64,000 nt of DNA from an uncultured bacterium (GCA_963827235.1 CAWHAE010000008.1:96001-160000), one strand, 5' to 3'. Counted from the stretch's first letter, positions 18,728 to 32,750 are shown. The notes: generated from the letters alone by a model not told the origin. Program-made: numbers and translations.

Positions 18728-19708
18728 GTGCCTGGCAATGGAGGGCATCGGCGTGCTCCGCGAGGCGGTGCGGAAAGGTACAGGGGGTGCCGTAGTTTGG
18801 GAACTCTTCCCCTGCAGCGCGCCGAGGAGCAGAGCGCGCGCGGTGCTTTCGAAGAATCACCCGGCACAGGACCGCACCGGTACACATCATCGGGGCTGGC
18901 TCTGGCTGCGCTCATCGTGCTCGGGCTCGGCTTCTTTGTCTGCACGCTGTTCCGGGTCATCGGCCGCTACACGCACTATGATTTGCGCATCGTCGCCCAT
19001 TTGGTGCCGGCACGAGACCACACCCATGTTCTTGCTCTCATCCATCCGCTCGTTCACCTGGGGGATGCCGCGTTTGTGGCCGCCGTCATGGCGGGCGGTA
19101 TGGTCGTATTGTGGTTGATGGGATACCGGCATACCTGGGCCCTGCTCGCGGGCTTTCTCTCGTGGCCGGCCGAGCTCCTGTGCAAGGCGACGTTGCCGCA
19201 GCCCGATGGGCTCGGCACGCAGCAGGCCTCGGTGACCCTATCGTCGCTCGTGCATGGCGCCGGGACCAAGACGGTAGGTGGGTGGCTGCAGCACACTGCA
19301 CCCGATAGCTTGCGGACTCTGGCGGGCGCGGCAGGTGGGATCTCGGTCAACCTCGTCTCCAGCTATCCGAGCGGTACGACTGCCCGTGCCACGTTCGCGC
19401 TCGGGTTACTGATATGGCTGTGCCTGCAGGCGGACATCCCGCTGATCAGCGGGATGGTTGCGCTGGCGATGGTGGCGCCCTTGTGCGTCGTCGGTCCGGC
19501 TATGGTGCTATACGCCTGGCACTGGCCGAGCGACGTCCTGGGCGGATACCTGCTCGGCTTCCTGCTCCTGGCGGCGACCCTGGCGGCGCTCCGTCGTCCG
19601 GCGGTGGACGGTCGAAGCCTCGACCAGCACTCAACTCGGCCAGCGCTGTCACCGCTTCCCGTGCGATCGTCTAGTTCGCGAAGCAGACTATCGTGGATTC
19701 CCAACTGA
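18728..19708 (+). CDS. PAP2-superfamily membrane protein with degenerate catalytic motifs
   Basis: Several TM helices, SYPSG and HWPSDVLGG; start uncertain. Confidence 0.8.
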   Translation: MPGNGGHRRAPRGGAERYRGCRSLGTLPLQRAEEQSARGAFEESPGTGPHRYTSSGLALAALIVLGLGFFVCTLFRVIGRYTHYDLRIVAHLVPARDHTHVLALIHPLVHLGDAAFVAAVMAGGMVVLWLMGYRHTWALLAGFLSWPAELLCKATLPQPDGLGTQQASVTLSSLVHGAGTKTVGGWLQHTAPDSLRTLAGAAGGISVNLVSSYPSGTTARATFALGLLIWLCLQADIPLISGMVALAMVAPLCVVGPAMVLYAWHWPSDVLGGYLLGFLLLAATLAALRRPAVDGRSLDQHSTRPALSPLPVRSSSSRSRLSWIPN

Positions 19709-19780
19709 CGCTCGGCGTGGCTGCATGGTGAGAGATGTACGTCCTTACCTGCCGCTCGCATCCCGCCGCGAACCCCACCC

Positions 19781-20056
19781 TTAGCCGGCGTCGATCGGTT
19801 CCGGGCCATCTCCGTGAGGCATCTCCGTCCCAAGCTCTGCAGCGTCCGGATCGACGGGCGATCCAGCTGCTTCAAGCAGGTCTAGGGTAGCGTCCCGTAG
19901 AAACGTGGCCACGGTGAGCAGGTGGCGAGCCGGGTCGACCAGCGTGGCGGCCTCCTCGGGCCCCAGGGCACGCATGAGGTCGTCCAACTGTTTGACGTAC
20001 TCTGCCACCTGGTCGTGAATACGCGTCAGGACTTCGTCTCGTCTCGGCTCGGCCAT
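19781..20056 (-). CDS. Small helical hypothetical protein
   Basis: GGAGG RBS; directly downstream of lepA. Confidence 0.7.
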   Translation of the reverse strand: MAEPRRDEVLTRIHDQVAEYVKQLDDLMRALGPEEAATLVDPARHLLTVATFLRDATLDLLEAAGSPVDPDAAELGTEMPHGDGPEPIDAG

Positions 20057-20091
20057 TTCTCAATTCCTCCTCGCGACGTCAGGTGATCTGA

Positions 20092-21894
20092 CTATTCGTC
20101 ACCCAGCGACAGCACAGCCATGAAGGCCTCCTGTGGTATCTCCACGTTGCCGACACGCTTCATGCGTGCCTTGCCCTCTTTCTGTTTTTCCAGAAGCTTA
20201 CGCTTCCTCGTCACGTCGCCGCCGTAGCACTTGGCCAGCACATCCTTGCGCATTGCCCGGATGGTCTCGCGAGCGATAATACGGGCCCCGACCGCGGCCT
20301 GGATCGGCACTTCGAAGAGCTGACGCGGAATGATGCTGCGTAGCTTGTCGACCAGTTGGCGGCCCAACGCATACGCCTTGTCGGCATGTGTGATCATGGA
20401 CAGCGCGTCGACCGGCGAGCCGTTGACCAGGATGTCGAGCTTGACCAGCTTGCCCTCTCGGTAGCCGGTCATCGTATAGTCGAGCGAGGCGTACCCCTGC
20501 GTCCTGGACTTGAGCTGGTCGTAATAATCGACGATGAGCTCGGAGAGCGGCACGTCGTAATCGAGCTGAACGCGTTGCTCATCCAGATACGACATGTGCA
20601 CGAACACGCCGCGGTGTGTCCGGTTGAGCTCCATCACCGCGCCGATGTACGTCGTGGGCGTGAAGACGCTGGCTTTCACCCAGGGCTCGGCTATGCTGGT
20701 TATCTCCCCTACGGGCGGCAACTGAGCAGGATTGTCGATCTTGAGCTCGGTGCCGTCGGTACGAGTCACCACGTATTCCACGCTGGGAGCGGTGGCCAGG
20801 AGCTCGAGGTGGTACTCGCGCTCCAGTCGCTCCTGAATTATCTCCATGTGCAGCAATCCGAGGAAACCGCAACGGTAGCCGAAGCCCAGGGCGATCGAGC
20901 TCTCCGGTTCGTAGGTCAGGCTGGCGTCGTTGAGCTGCAGCCGCTCGAGTGCGTCGCGCACGAGCGGATAATCCTCCCCCTTAATGGGGTAGATCCCGGC
21001 GAAGACCATCGGGCGGGCCGCCTTATAGCCGGGAAGCGGCTCGGATGCCGGTCGGTCGTCAAGCGTTATGGTGTCGCCCACCTGGCAGTCTTTGACATTC
21101 TTGAGTCCGGTGGCCACATAGCCGACCTCGCCCGCGACGAGCTCGGGAAGCGGCGTGAGCATGGGCCGGAAGCTGCCCAACTCCATGATCTCGCTGACCG
21201 CGCCCGAGGCCATTAGGCTGATGCGAGATCCTGTCGGCAGCACACCGTCCATCATGCGCACGTACGCCACTACGCCGCGGTACGAGTCGTACTTTGAGTC
21301 GAAGATGAGCGCCCGCACGGGAGCATCCACGTCGCCGGCGGGTGGCGGCACTGAATGCACGACGGCCTCCAGCACATCGTGAATGCCGATTCCGGCCTTC
21401 GCGCTGATAAGCAGCACGTCTTCCGCGTCCAGGCCGATGACACGCTGAATCTCCTCGCGGACGCGCTCCGGCTCGGCGCTCGGCAGGTCGATCTTGTTGA
21501 TCACCGGAATAATCGCCAGGTTCTGCTCGTAGGCGAGATACATGTTTGCCAGGGTCTGGGCCTCTATTCCCTGGCTAGCGTCGACCACGAGAACGGCGCC
21601 TTCGCAGGCTGCGAGGCTGCGCGAGACCTCGTAGTTGAAGTCCACGTGTCCGGGCGTATCGATCAGATTGAGCTCGTACACCGTGCCGTCCTCCGCCTGA
21701 TACGACATGCGGACGGCCTGCGCTTTGATCGTGATGCCCTTTTCGCGCTCGAGATCCATCTGGTCGAGGACCTGGTCTTCCATCTCGCGCTTGCTGAGCG
21801 TGTTCGTCTCCTCCAGTAGGCGGTCGGCGAGCGTGGACTTGCCGTGGTCTATGTGCGCGATAATGCAGAAGTTCCGAATATGCTGTTGGTCCAT
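20092..21894 (-). CDS. lepA: Elongation factor 4
   Basis: [44 protein letters not shown]. Confidence 0.99.
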   Translation of the reverse strand: MDQQHIRNFCIIAHIDHGKSTLADRLLEETNTLSKREMEDQVLDQMDLEREKGITIKAQAVRMSYQAEDGTVYELNLIDTPGHVDFNYEVSRSLAACEGAVLVVDASQGIEAQTLANMYLAYEQNLAIIPVINKIDLPSAEPERVREEIQRVIGLDAEDVLLISAKAGIGIHDVLEAVVHSVPPPAGDVDAPVRALIFDSKYDSYRGVVAYVRMMDGVLPTGSRISLMASGAVSEIMELGSFRPMLTPLPELVAGEVGYVATGLKNVKDCQVGDTITLDDRPASEPLPGYKAARPMVFAGIYPIKGEDYPLVRDALERLQLNDASLTYEPESSIALGFGYRCGFLGLLHMEIIQERLEREYHLELLATAPSVEYVVTRTDGTELKIDNPAQLPPVGEITSIAEPWVKASVFTPTTYIGAVMELNRTHRGVFVHMSYLDEQRVQLDYDVPLSELIVDYYDQLKSRTQGYASLDYTMTGYREGKLVKLDILVNGSPVDALSMITHADKAYALGRQLVDKLRSIIPRQLFEVPIQAAVGARIIARETIRAMRKDVLAKCYGGDVTRKRKLLEKQKEGKARMKRVGNVEIPQEAFMAVLSLGDE

Positions 21895-22293
21895 GAGCTC
21901 CAGTCACGCGAAGCCGGCATTCGCCCCGGCCAGCTCCTGAACGTTGCCTCGGGCGCCACTTGGTTCGTCGTCGCGGTCGCACACGGTTTCCTGGCTGCGC
22001 CGGCAGCGGTCTCGTGCCGGACCGGCCGGGCACCGAAGGACCGTGTCGACAGCGGGCTCGCGGCCGTGAGGAGATCGCCACCCAGGAATAGGGTACCGTC
22101 AAGCCTACGGTTTTGTCGCGAGCTCGATTGGGCTCCTGGCGCTCGCCCTGAGCCCGCCGGGTGGGGTGGTACACTGAGGTCGCAGGAAGCCCGGCACCGG
22201 CGGCACCTCGTAGTACCTCCGGCAGGCCGCTCACGGCTTCGACCGACTGATAGCGCGCATGATGTTCCAAGCATGAGTTAGCAAGGAGTCACT

Positions 22294-23862
22294 GTGGAGC
22301 GCCCCCCCGTCGTATGCCTTATCATCCTGGATGGATACGGCTACCGCGAAGACACTCACGGTAATGCCATTCTGGCCGCCAACAAGCCGACACTCGACCG
22401 AATCTGGTCGTCATGCCCTCATACCCTGATCGAGGCGTCGGGCCGGGCGGTCGGGCTGCCGAGCGGCATGATGGGTAACTCCGAGACCGGTCACCAGAAC
22501 ATGGGTGCAGGCCGCGTTGTCATGCAGCTGCTCACCCAGATTTCGCGGCGTATAGAAGACGGCACCTTCTTCCAGAACCCGGCATTTCACGGAGCCATAG
22601 AGCACGTTCGCGAGCGGGGCACAAAGCTGCACTTGATCGGACTCATCGGTCCCGGCGGCGTGCACGCCTATGACGAGCACTTGCTGGCGCTGCTCAAGCT
22701 TACCCGCAGCAAGGGCCTGGAGAAGGTGTTCGTGCAGGCGATCCTGGACGGCCGCGACACCCCGCCGCGCAGCGCCCACGAATACGTGGAGAAGTTGAAC
22801 GGCAATCTGGACGAAATGCAGATCGGCCGCATCGCGACGGTGAGCGGCCGCTACTACGCAATGGATCGCGACAAGCGCTGGGATCGCACCGCTAGGGCCT
22901 ACGAGGCTCTGGTTTACGGCAAAGGCGAAGAGGCTCCCGACGCTCTGACCGCGATCGAAAGAAGCTACGCGGGCGACGTCAACGACGAGTTCGTGCTTCC
23001 CACCGTCATCGTGCAGGACGGCCACCCGGTGGCTACCGTCTCGGACGGCGATGCCGTCATCTTCTTCAACTTCCGGGGCGATCGCCCGCGCCAGCTTACC
23101 CGCGCCTTCGTAATGCCCGATTTCTCGTCGTTCGACCGCGGGCGGCAGCTCAAGGATCTCTACTTTGTGACGCTGGCTGCGTACGAGTCGAACGTCCCCG
23201 TGGTCGTCGCCTATCCTCCAGAGGACTTGTCTGACCCTGTGGAGGTCACCATCGCCCAGGTGGTGAGCGAGGCAGGGCTGACACAACTCCACGTCGCCGA
23301 GACGGAGAAATACGCCCACGTCACAATCTTCATCAACGGTGGCCGCGAGCAGCCGTGGCCGGGCGAGGACCGCGTGCTGGTACCCTCACCGAAAGTCGCC
23401 ACCTATGACTTGTCCCCGGAGATGAGCGCTGCCGGAGTGGCGCAAGCGGTGGTCGATCGGTTGCGCGCGAACAAGCCGGACCTGGTAATCATGAATTTCG
23501 CGAACTGCGACATGGTCGGTCACAGCGGCATGATTCCGCCCACTATTCGCGCCGTCGAGACGGTCGACCGCGAGCTGAACAGAGTGTTGCAGACCGTGGC
23601 TGAGCTCGGCGGGCTGGCGTTCGTGACCGCTGACCACGGCAATGCCGAGATGATGATCGATCCGCAGCTCGGAACCCCTCATACGGCGCACACGACGTGT
23701 CCTGTGCCGTTTGTCCTGGTACCTCCAAGCCCGCGGTCGCCCTGGCACGCGGTGAAGCTGCGCGACGGTGGGGTATTGAGCGACATCGGCCCGACAGTGC
23801 TGGACGCGATGGGATTGCCCCAACCGTCCAAGATGCTGGCCCATTCACTGCTCGATCGTTAA
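22294..23862 (+). CDS. gpmI: 2,3-bisphosphoglycerate-independent phosphoglycerate mutase
   Basis: ILDG, MGNSETGH, GRYYAMDRD, DMVGH, TADHGN. Confidence 0.98.
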   Translation: MERPPVVCLIILDGYGYREDTHGNAILAANKPTLDRIWSSCPHTLIEASGRAVGLPSGMMGNSETGHQNMGAGRVVMQLLTQISRRIEDGTFFQNPAFHGAIEHVRERGTKLHLIGLIGPGGVHAYDEHLLALLKLTRSKGLEKVFVQAILDGRDTPPRSAHEYVEKLNGNLDEMQIGRIATVSGRYYAMDRDKRWDRTARAYEALVYGKGEEAPDALTAIERSYAGDVNDEFVLPTVIVQDGHPVATVSDGDAVIFFNFRGDRPRQLTRAFVMPDFSSFDRGRQLKDLYFVTLAAYESNVPVVVAYPPEDLSDPVEVTIAQVVSEAGLTQLHVAETEKYAHVTIFINGGREQPWPGEDRVLVPSPKVATYDLSPEMSAAGVAQAVVDRLRANKPDLVIMNFANCDMVGHSGMIPPTIRAVETVDRELNRVLQTVAELGGLAFVTADHGNAEMMIDPQLGTPHTAHTTCPVPFVLVPPSPRSPWHAVKLRDGGVLSDIGPTVLDAMGLPQPSKMLAHSLLDR

Positions 23863-25269
<1,407 letters not shown>

Positions 25270-25393
25270 CCCGGCCGAATGCCGGTCCACTGCTGGCGGG
25301 GCGGTGTTCGATCGAGCACCACCCCGATTTCTTGCTGGAGATTATCCTGATCCGCGGCCGTCGGCACGGACGGCTGAGCGTATACTGGCAACT

Positions 25394-26116
25394 ATGATGG
25401 TCACAGTAGAGGAACGCGCGCCCGTCGTGGAAGTACTCATATAGTCTTGCCGATCTGATCGCGCAGGTTAGCACTCTTGAAGGCGTGTCTCTGACCGAAC
25501 GGGTCGTGCGGCAGTATCTAGCCGATGGACTGCTGCCCTCGCCCGAGCCAGCGCGGCGGTCCAAGCCCTATGGCGAGGAGCACCTCGTCCATCTTCGGCT
25601 GGTTGCTCGGCTTTCCAGCCAGTATGTGCCGCCTCGCGAGATTCAGCGCTTCGTGGGCCGGCTGTCGCCCGACGGTATGCGCTCGCTTGTTGAGCGCCCG
25701 TTGCCTTCCCGCCTGCCCTCGGAAGGCGATGCTCAGGCGTACCTGAATCGTCTCTCCAGGTCCGCTGCCTTCCGCGCTGACCAGCCAGGCGCTGTTTACA
25801 GGGGCGATCCAGACCTGCAGCGAACCGCCGGATGGCGCCGCGCCCGGCTGGCGGCGCACACCGACCGGCGGTCCGCCCAAGCCCGACTCGCCGACACAGG
25901 AGCTCGAGCAGTCGGCGGCGGCGAAGGCATTCGCACAGCGTCGTGCGCAGCCCATGGATACGGGTGAGCGTCGATCCCGACGTGGAGATCGCCGTCGGGC
26001 CAACGGTCACGATCAGCGGCGGCTCTGGACGCCCTGATCGCGGCCGTCCAGGAGGTGCTGGCCAGCGAGCGAGGGGCACAAGGTGCTCAGCGGCCTGGCG
26101 GGACGGTTGTTCATGA
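25394..26116 (+). CDS. MerR-family HTH regulator, interrupted by frameshifts
   Basis: YSLADLIAQV...TERVVRQYLADGLLPSP...YGEEHL, with the C-terminal WIRVSVDPDVEIAV in another frame; TATACT 7 nt before ATG 25394; end approximate. Confidence 0.7.
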
Positions 26117-26991
26117 TCTTCTCATCTTCCCGACGCGTGCCGCTCGTGGGGGCGCATCGTGGCGCGTCGTGCGACGCGCCGGAAAACACGTCGGCAGCCT
26201 TTGACCTCGCGGTGCGGCAGGGTGCCGAGCTGATCGAACTGGACGTGCACTTGTCTGCCGATCGCTGCCTGGTAGTGCATCACGATTTCGATCTGCTGCG
26301 CACGGCTGGCTGCGCCGGCCGGATCGGCGATCTCGACCTAGGGCCCTGCAAGAGTTCGACGTCGGCTCGTGGGGCGGCGAGACCTACAGAGGCGAGCGGG
26401 TGCCGACGCTGGACCTTGTACTGGAGCGATACGGGCGGCGAGTGCTCCTGAACGTGGAGATCAAAGTCGGTGCGGCTCCCTATGAGGGCATCGTGGAGCT
26501 CGTGGCCGAGGCTACGACTTATGGCGCATGGACTTGGCGAGCGGGTGGTCGTGTCGACGTTCGACCTGGAAACGTTCCTTCGCTTGCGCCGTTGCACCCC
26601 GGCGTGCGCGACCTCGCTGCTGTTCGAGACGCCGGAGCATGTTCGTGATGGACTTTCGCCGCGACGACTGTTGCAGGCGGCGCTGGTGCTCGCCGCGCAG
26701 GCGGGGCCGTTGGCATCCACCTTGATCACGCCCTCGATAGATCAGACGTTGTGGATCAGGGCGGCGCGCCTCGGCCTCGGCGTGCTGGCGTGGACAGTCG
26801 ACGATGAGCAGGAGATGCGCCGGCTGGCCAGTTTGGGTGTCGAGGCCATTCTGAGCAACACGCCGGACGTGCTGCGGCGGCAGGTCTTGCCGATTGCGCT
26901 CCGCTTCAGGCACATGATCGATGCTGGGTTCGGCGCGGCCCAGGCGTCTTCCGGCATCTGCCTAGGTGAACCGCGAGCGACTGCTCGATGA
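26113..26991 (+). CDS. Glycerophosphodiester phosphodiesterase, frameshifted
   Basis: GAHRGAS/PENT/ELDVHL, then PTL...NVEIK, then AWTVDD/SNTPD, split across three track ORFs. Confidence 0.85.
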
Positions 26992-27002
26992 GAGGTCTGT
27001 AC

Positions 27003-28874
27003 ATGAGCACGGGTAGCGGCTCCCATCCATTTCTGGCCCGCTTCTCCCAGGGTCCGCTGCTTGTGACGGTGGCATGGGCACGCAGCTCTACGCAAGCGGC
27101 ATATCATTTGAGCGCGGATTCGAGAGCCAGAACCTGGTCAACGGCCCACTGGTCGAGCGCATCCATCGGGCTTACTTGTCTTCCGGCGCGGAAGTGCTGG
27201 AGACAAACACCTTTGGCGCGAATCGCCTGAAGCTGGCATCCTACGGGCTCGCGGAAGTGCCGGGAGGTCTGTCGCATCGGGCGCGCGCATCGCGCGAAAC
27301 GCCCGCGAAGTGGCTGGCGTGGACGCCTTCGTCGCCGGCGCAATCGGACCCTCGGCTGTCTGCTCGAGCCGTACAGCGACGTCTCGCTGCTCCAGGCCGC
27401 GCGTATGCTTTCGCGAGATGGTCGAGGGCCTAGTCAAGGGCGGAGTCGACCTCCTCGTACTGGAAACCTTTCTCAGTATCGAGGAGATCGCGGAGGCGAT
27501 TGGCTGCGGTGCACGATGTCTGCGATCTTCCTCTCGTAGCGCAGGTCAGCTTCACCGGGGAGCTGCTGACGCCTTCCGGCCAGACTCCTGAAGGGGTCGC
27601 CGAGGCGCTTGACTCGCTCGGAGTGGACGTCATCGGCACGAACTGCGGCGTAGGCCCCCAAAGTGCGCTGGAGATTGTGGAGCGCATGGCGTCGGTGACG
27701 CACCGTCCACTCTCGGCGCAGCCCAATGCCGGCATGCCGCAACGCATGGCGGGACGGCTCCTGTTTCTCTCGTCTCCCGAATACTTCGCCGACTACTCCT
27801 CCCGGCTGGTGAGCGGCCGGCGCCGCGATGGTCGGCGGCTGCTGCGGCACGACACCCGACCACATATCAGCCATGGCGGCGTCGCTACGACTTCCGCCCT
27901 GGTCGTCGAGCCGCGACGGCGGGAGCGCAATCGTGGTCGACGGTCCGACCGCGGAAACCGACATGAGGACCGCCGTGGAGCCGTCCGCTCTCGAGCTCGC
28001 CTTCCAGAGAGGCATGGCGATCAGCGTCGAGTTGTCGCCTCCTCGCGGTGCCAATCCCAGCCGGATGCTTGCTGGAGCCCGCATGCTCAAGGACGCAGGC
28101 GTCGATGCCCTCAACATCACCGATGGCGCCATGGCGCGCGTGCGCATGAGCACTCTTGCTTCCGGCAGCCTGGTGCGCCAGCACGTCGGAATCGATCCTG
28201 TCCTGCACGTGACCACGCGCGATCGCAACGTCATGGCTCTGCAGTCTGACCTGCTGGGCGCCCACGCCCTTGGCCTGAGGGTCGTCCTGGCGCTTACCGG
28301 CGACCCGCCGAATCTGGGAGATTCGGCGCTCGCCAAGGGCGTGTATGACGTGGACTCTATCGGCCTGATCAGGATGCTTCGCGGTCTCAACGAGGGCGTT
28401 GACGCTGCCGGAAATGCGATTGGTCAGAAGACCACGTTCATGATCGGCGCCGCGCTCAATCCTACGGCTACCGATCTCGAGTTCGAGCTGGATCGTTTCC
28501 GGCGAAAGGTCGACGCCGGAGCCCATTTCGTCATGACCCAGCCTGTTTACGACGCCGAGCTCTTTTCGAGGGTGCTTGGGCGCATCGGGCCCCTGTCCGT
28601 ACCGGTGCTGATGGGTCTGATGCCTCTGCAGAGCTTTCGTAACGCGGAGTTCGTACATAACGAGCTTCCAGGTGTCAAGCTTACAGAGGACGTGCTAGTA
28701 CGGATGCGCAAGGCCGGCGCGCAAGGTCAGGCCGAGGGATTGGCCATCTCTCTCGAGCTGCTGAATGCCTGCTTGCACCAGGTATCGGGCGTCTACATCA
28801 TCCCGACCTTCCAGCGTTACGAGCCGGCCGCCGAGCTGGTCCGCCGTCTTCGCGCTATTGGCCGCTCTGAGTGA
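27003..28874 (+). CDS. Bifunctional homocysteine S-methyltransferase / methylenetetrahydrofolate reductase (YitJ-like), multiply frameshifted
   Basis: DGGMGT, ETNTFGAN, LETF, GTNCGVGP, PNAG, GGCCGTTP, then an MTHFR domain (VELSPP, TGDPP, MTQPVYD). Confidence 0.88.
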
Positions 28875-31409
28875 TCGCCGTTCCGGCGACAACCGTGCCG
28901 ACGTCGCCACCGACTGCACGCAGTACCCGCACGATGATCACCGGAGCGTCGCTTGTCCAGACGACCGACGACGCTTGCTGGTCGCTCTTGACCTCGTCAA
29001 GTGCCAGCCGCGTCAGCCGCTCACCCGACACTTCACGCTGCGTAGACGCCATCTGTCCGTCCGCGCCGAAGACCGTGGCCGTGAGGTGAGCGTTGCCCGC
29101 TCCCGTGTCGAGCACGTACCAGGCGTCGGAGGTGAAGCCGTCGGCTGCTGAGCCGGCGAATGCCCACCGCGTAGCAGTTGCGGCACCTGACAATATGCTG
29201 CCGGAGTGTTGGCCCGAGTTTGGCGAGCCTCCAAAGTATTGACCCTGCTCGCCGACCGTGGGCACGTCGGAGCGCGCAATAATCGCCACGACGCTGCCGG
29301 ACCTCTTGGAACCCGGGCCGACCGCGACGGTGGCGCGCGTCCCGGGCTCGATGGTCAGATCGGGAAGCGGCGCGACTCCTCCCGTCCCGCCAACGACCGA
29401 GAAGCGCACATGTGCGGCTACGGAGCTGGGATCTGTGAAGCTCAGGAAAGCTTGGTCGCCGTTCGTCGTAGATACGTAGGGGAACGTCCACACGGCAGCA
29501 GGCCCCAGCACTCCTCCGCTCACGGAGGCGCCGTATTTTGCTGAGCCGGTGCCGTCGCCCCAATACAGCACGCGCTCGGCAGCCACAGGCTGGTCCGAGG
29601 TAACCAGAAGACCAATCGAAATGCCGGGTGAAATGGCGCTGATATTGAGCGTAGAACGCGAATCCGCAGGCACCATCACGCTAGTCGGCACGGAAGGAGA
29701 AGAGCTGGCGGGCCCAAACACCTGAACCATCACCTGCGCCGGGCTGGCGCCCGGATTCAGCACCGACAGGTATTCCTGAAACGTGGCACCCGTGTAGCCT
29801 TCGGCAAAGTACCAGGCGCTGGAGAGCGTCGACTCCCCGGCGCTGATGGTCGAGCTCAGCGACTGTCCGGCGGTGGTGGTGCGAGTGATCGTCCGGGTGG
29901 CCGTTATCGAGGCCGGCAGATCGAGCATTGCGCCTACAGTCTGGTCCTTGCCGACGTCCTGTTGCACGTTCTCGCTGAGCTGTGTATGTGCCGGAACGGT
30001 AATGGCAACGGTCTTGGTGATTCCCGAGCCGACGAAGTACTGTATCGTACCGGTCGCGCTGAACGCCGACGTGTTGAGCAGATCCAGAGTCTCGCCGAAG
30101 TCTACGACCGGTCCTTCGCCCGTGAAACCCTCAGCAAAGTAGGTGCTGGCGTTGGGCGTGCTTGGTGCCAGAGTGGTGACCCGCCACGCGCAGGGGCGGG
30201 ATGGTGACCTGGGTGGACGCGGAGCTGCCAAGAATGCCCGAGGCGCCGACAGTATAGACTCCCGGTGTGATGGAGCCCCGGATATTCGCGGTATCCATGA
30301 AGCTGCCCGAGGCGTCGGCGACTATGCCGGCGCTGGGCGCGCTGAAGGCCGGCGTGCTTACAAACACTCGCTCGCCTGGCTCAAAGCCCTTCCCAGCCAG
30401 CTGAACAGTGGAGCCCGCCTCCGCTCCCGGCGGTTGTACGTAAATGGTAGGTCGCGCGCGAATGCCCACGGCTCGGCTCTGAGTCATGCCGGATTCGACC
30501 CCACGTGCCGCCAGCGTCGCGGTGATGCCGGCAGTGGCGGACGTGGGTACCGCAAATACGGCGTCGAGTTGGCCATTCTGGTCTGCGTAGGCATCGGCTC
30601 CGGCTAGGACTCCCCCCCGGAGCTGTAATCGACATAGCTGAGAGAGAGTGACCTGCTCCCCGGCTGATGAAACCGGCCGCCGCGACCTGCACATTCTGGC
30701 CGGCCATGGCCGGGTTGGGCGTGACCACGAGCGTGCCGGCTCCTGCGATGTTGATCGGAACACTCGTGGAGTCGTGCTGGCCGACTCCTGCCGCCTGGCC
30801 GCGCACCACGATCTGCGCTGCACCGGCCTGCGCGAAGCCCGGCACGCTAAACGAGAGGTCCGCCGCACCCGTAGCGTCCGCGTCGTATTGCGCCGTCCCT
30901 GGGGGCAACACAGCCGGTAGACCGTCCACGAGTATCGTCAGTGGATCGCTGGGGGCGAAGCCCGCCACGGGGAAGCGCACCGAGTCGCCTGCGTGCGCCG
31001 AAATCGGCCCGCTGCCGGCCACAGGCATGACGGCTGCGCCGAGTACTGATGCGCTCGTGCCGATACTGGTACCGGTCTGCGTTACCGCGACAGTGTTGGC
31101 CAGGCCGGCGTCGAGTGTGTATGGCAAGGTTATCGAGGCGCTGATCGCTCCCGATGCGTCGACCGGCACTTCGCCCAGATCGTTGAACGTACCGGAGCTT
31201 TGCACCGTGACATCCACAGCGCCGCCGGGATCGAATCCCGAGCCGCTGATTGCCTCGATGCCGTGCGGAAGGTTGAGCGGAGGCGAGAGCGCGATAACCG
31301 GACCGCTTGCATGGGCACTGGGCGGCACAAACGCCGGGCTCGCCGCCAACAGGCTCATCACGAGTGCCCCGGAGACTGCGGCCGCTGCCACAGGCGTTAA
31401 GAGCCTCAT
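28855..31409 (-). CDS. Large secreted surface protein with Ig-like beta repeats and FAEG-motif repeats (DUF5719-like), frameshifted
   Basis: Signal peptide; GSGF/GKGFEPGE repeats; YFAEGFTG and WYFAEGYTGATFQEYL; joins track ORFs 30381..31409, 30131..30868 and 28855..30231. Confidence 0.75.
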
Positions 31410-31573
31410 CAGGTTCTCCTGGGTCTGCTTAAGTTGTACTCACATTATCCGTTATTGGCCGGCAAAATGCAGATTGCGGACGCAAGGCATCTGGCTGAGA
31501 CGCGACACCCGCCAGTGCAGCTGGCGGGTGTCGCGTTGGTCGTGGGCTGAGACTGCCTGTCCCGCCGGGAACG

Positions 31574-32750
31574 CTAGTGTGCTGGCGGCACGAAGCTCAC
31601 GAGCCGGTAGCCGGTCAGTTGATATGCCTCGGCCGCCGAGTTCACGAAGACGTCGATGTGGTTCCCCGCGACGGCGCCGCCGGTGTCCTCGGCATGGAAA
31701 GTACCCGAGACCTTGGATGTAGACCGTCGAGCCAAGCGGAATGACGCTGCTGTCCACGGCGACCACGCCCCAGCGGGGCACTGTGCCGGTAGCAGTCAAG
31801 CTCCCGGTAGCGGTGTAGCCCGTAATGTAGCACATGCGTGCGTTTCCACCCGGCATGTTGACTACCGTTGCCGTGGCATTACTGCTGCCGCTCGGCGCCG
31901 GCGAAGGCTGTGCGGAGCCGGCGCCAGTGGCCGACGGCGTGGGCGTTGACGAGGCCGAACCATCCTGAGGAGATTGTGTGGAGCTAGCCAGCGCGTTCGC
32001 CAGCTTCAGCCCCGTAGCATCGGGACGGCGCTGCAGAGTGACGTCCAGGTTTTGGCCGGAGCTTGCGACCCGCGCAACGCCTGCTAGCGTGGCCGGGGAC
32101 AAGACCTGCCTGTCGAGTACATGTTCAAGGTTCAGGGACGACAGAAGCATGACACGGTCGGGAGAAGCTGTGCTTGCAGTCGTGAGTCTCGCCGACGTGC
32201 TCATTTGGGCAACAGACGTGACTCCTCCGGTTGCCGGCTTTGCCTGCGGTGCGGAGTAGCGGTCATTCGCCGCCATCTGCAGCCGCGCCGGCGAAGTGAT
32301 GAGAGTGGCACCTGTGCCGAGACGGTGCGTATTAGGCGATGTGGAGAGCAGGTCTACACCTTGTGCCTGAGGGGCAGGCGAATTTGGCCCGCTGGCGGGC
32401 GCAGTGGAGCTGCCGGTAGGCAGCGATTGAGAGGATGCCGGCAAGTGGAACCGGCCAGTGGTGCGGGACGGCTGAGTCGATACACCTGTTCGACGAAGGG
32501 TAGCATCACCCGCGCGCTGAACCCGCGTCGACTTCGTATCGCTGCCAAGCCCTATGGTGGCGGCCTCGCTTGATCGGACGCTCGCCGAATACACCGTGCC
32601 GCTCTGCAAAGCCCGCAGATGCGTGGCGCCGGCGCTACCCGAGCCCGCTCCCAGGCCGAAAGCCAACACCGCAAGCGCACCCGACAGGGTCACGCATTGC
32701 GTCAAGCTAGTCGTGTGTTTCTTCAATAAGTACGGCCGTCGCCACGGCAA
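31574..32750 (-). CDS. Secreted 3D-domain (MltA-like) cell wall protein with one frameshift near 31698
   Basis: TGYTATG, VAVDSSVIPLGS, then AEDTGGAVAGNHIDVF after the shift; Ser/Thr/Pro linker; start uncertain. Confidence 0.85.

Noticed and set aside
25468-25494. CIRCE left arm TTAGCACTC
   Set aside because: There is no GAGTGCTAA arm after 9 nt, it lies within the MerR coding region, and it is far from groEL
27003-28874. Programmed frameshifting in the YitJ-like gene
   Set aside because: There are too many shifts, no slippery heptamer, and neighbouring genes are equally affected
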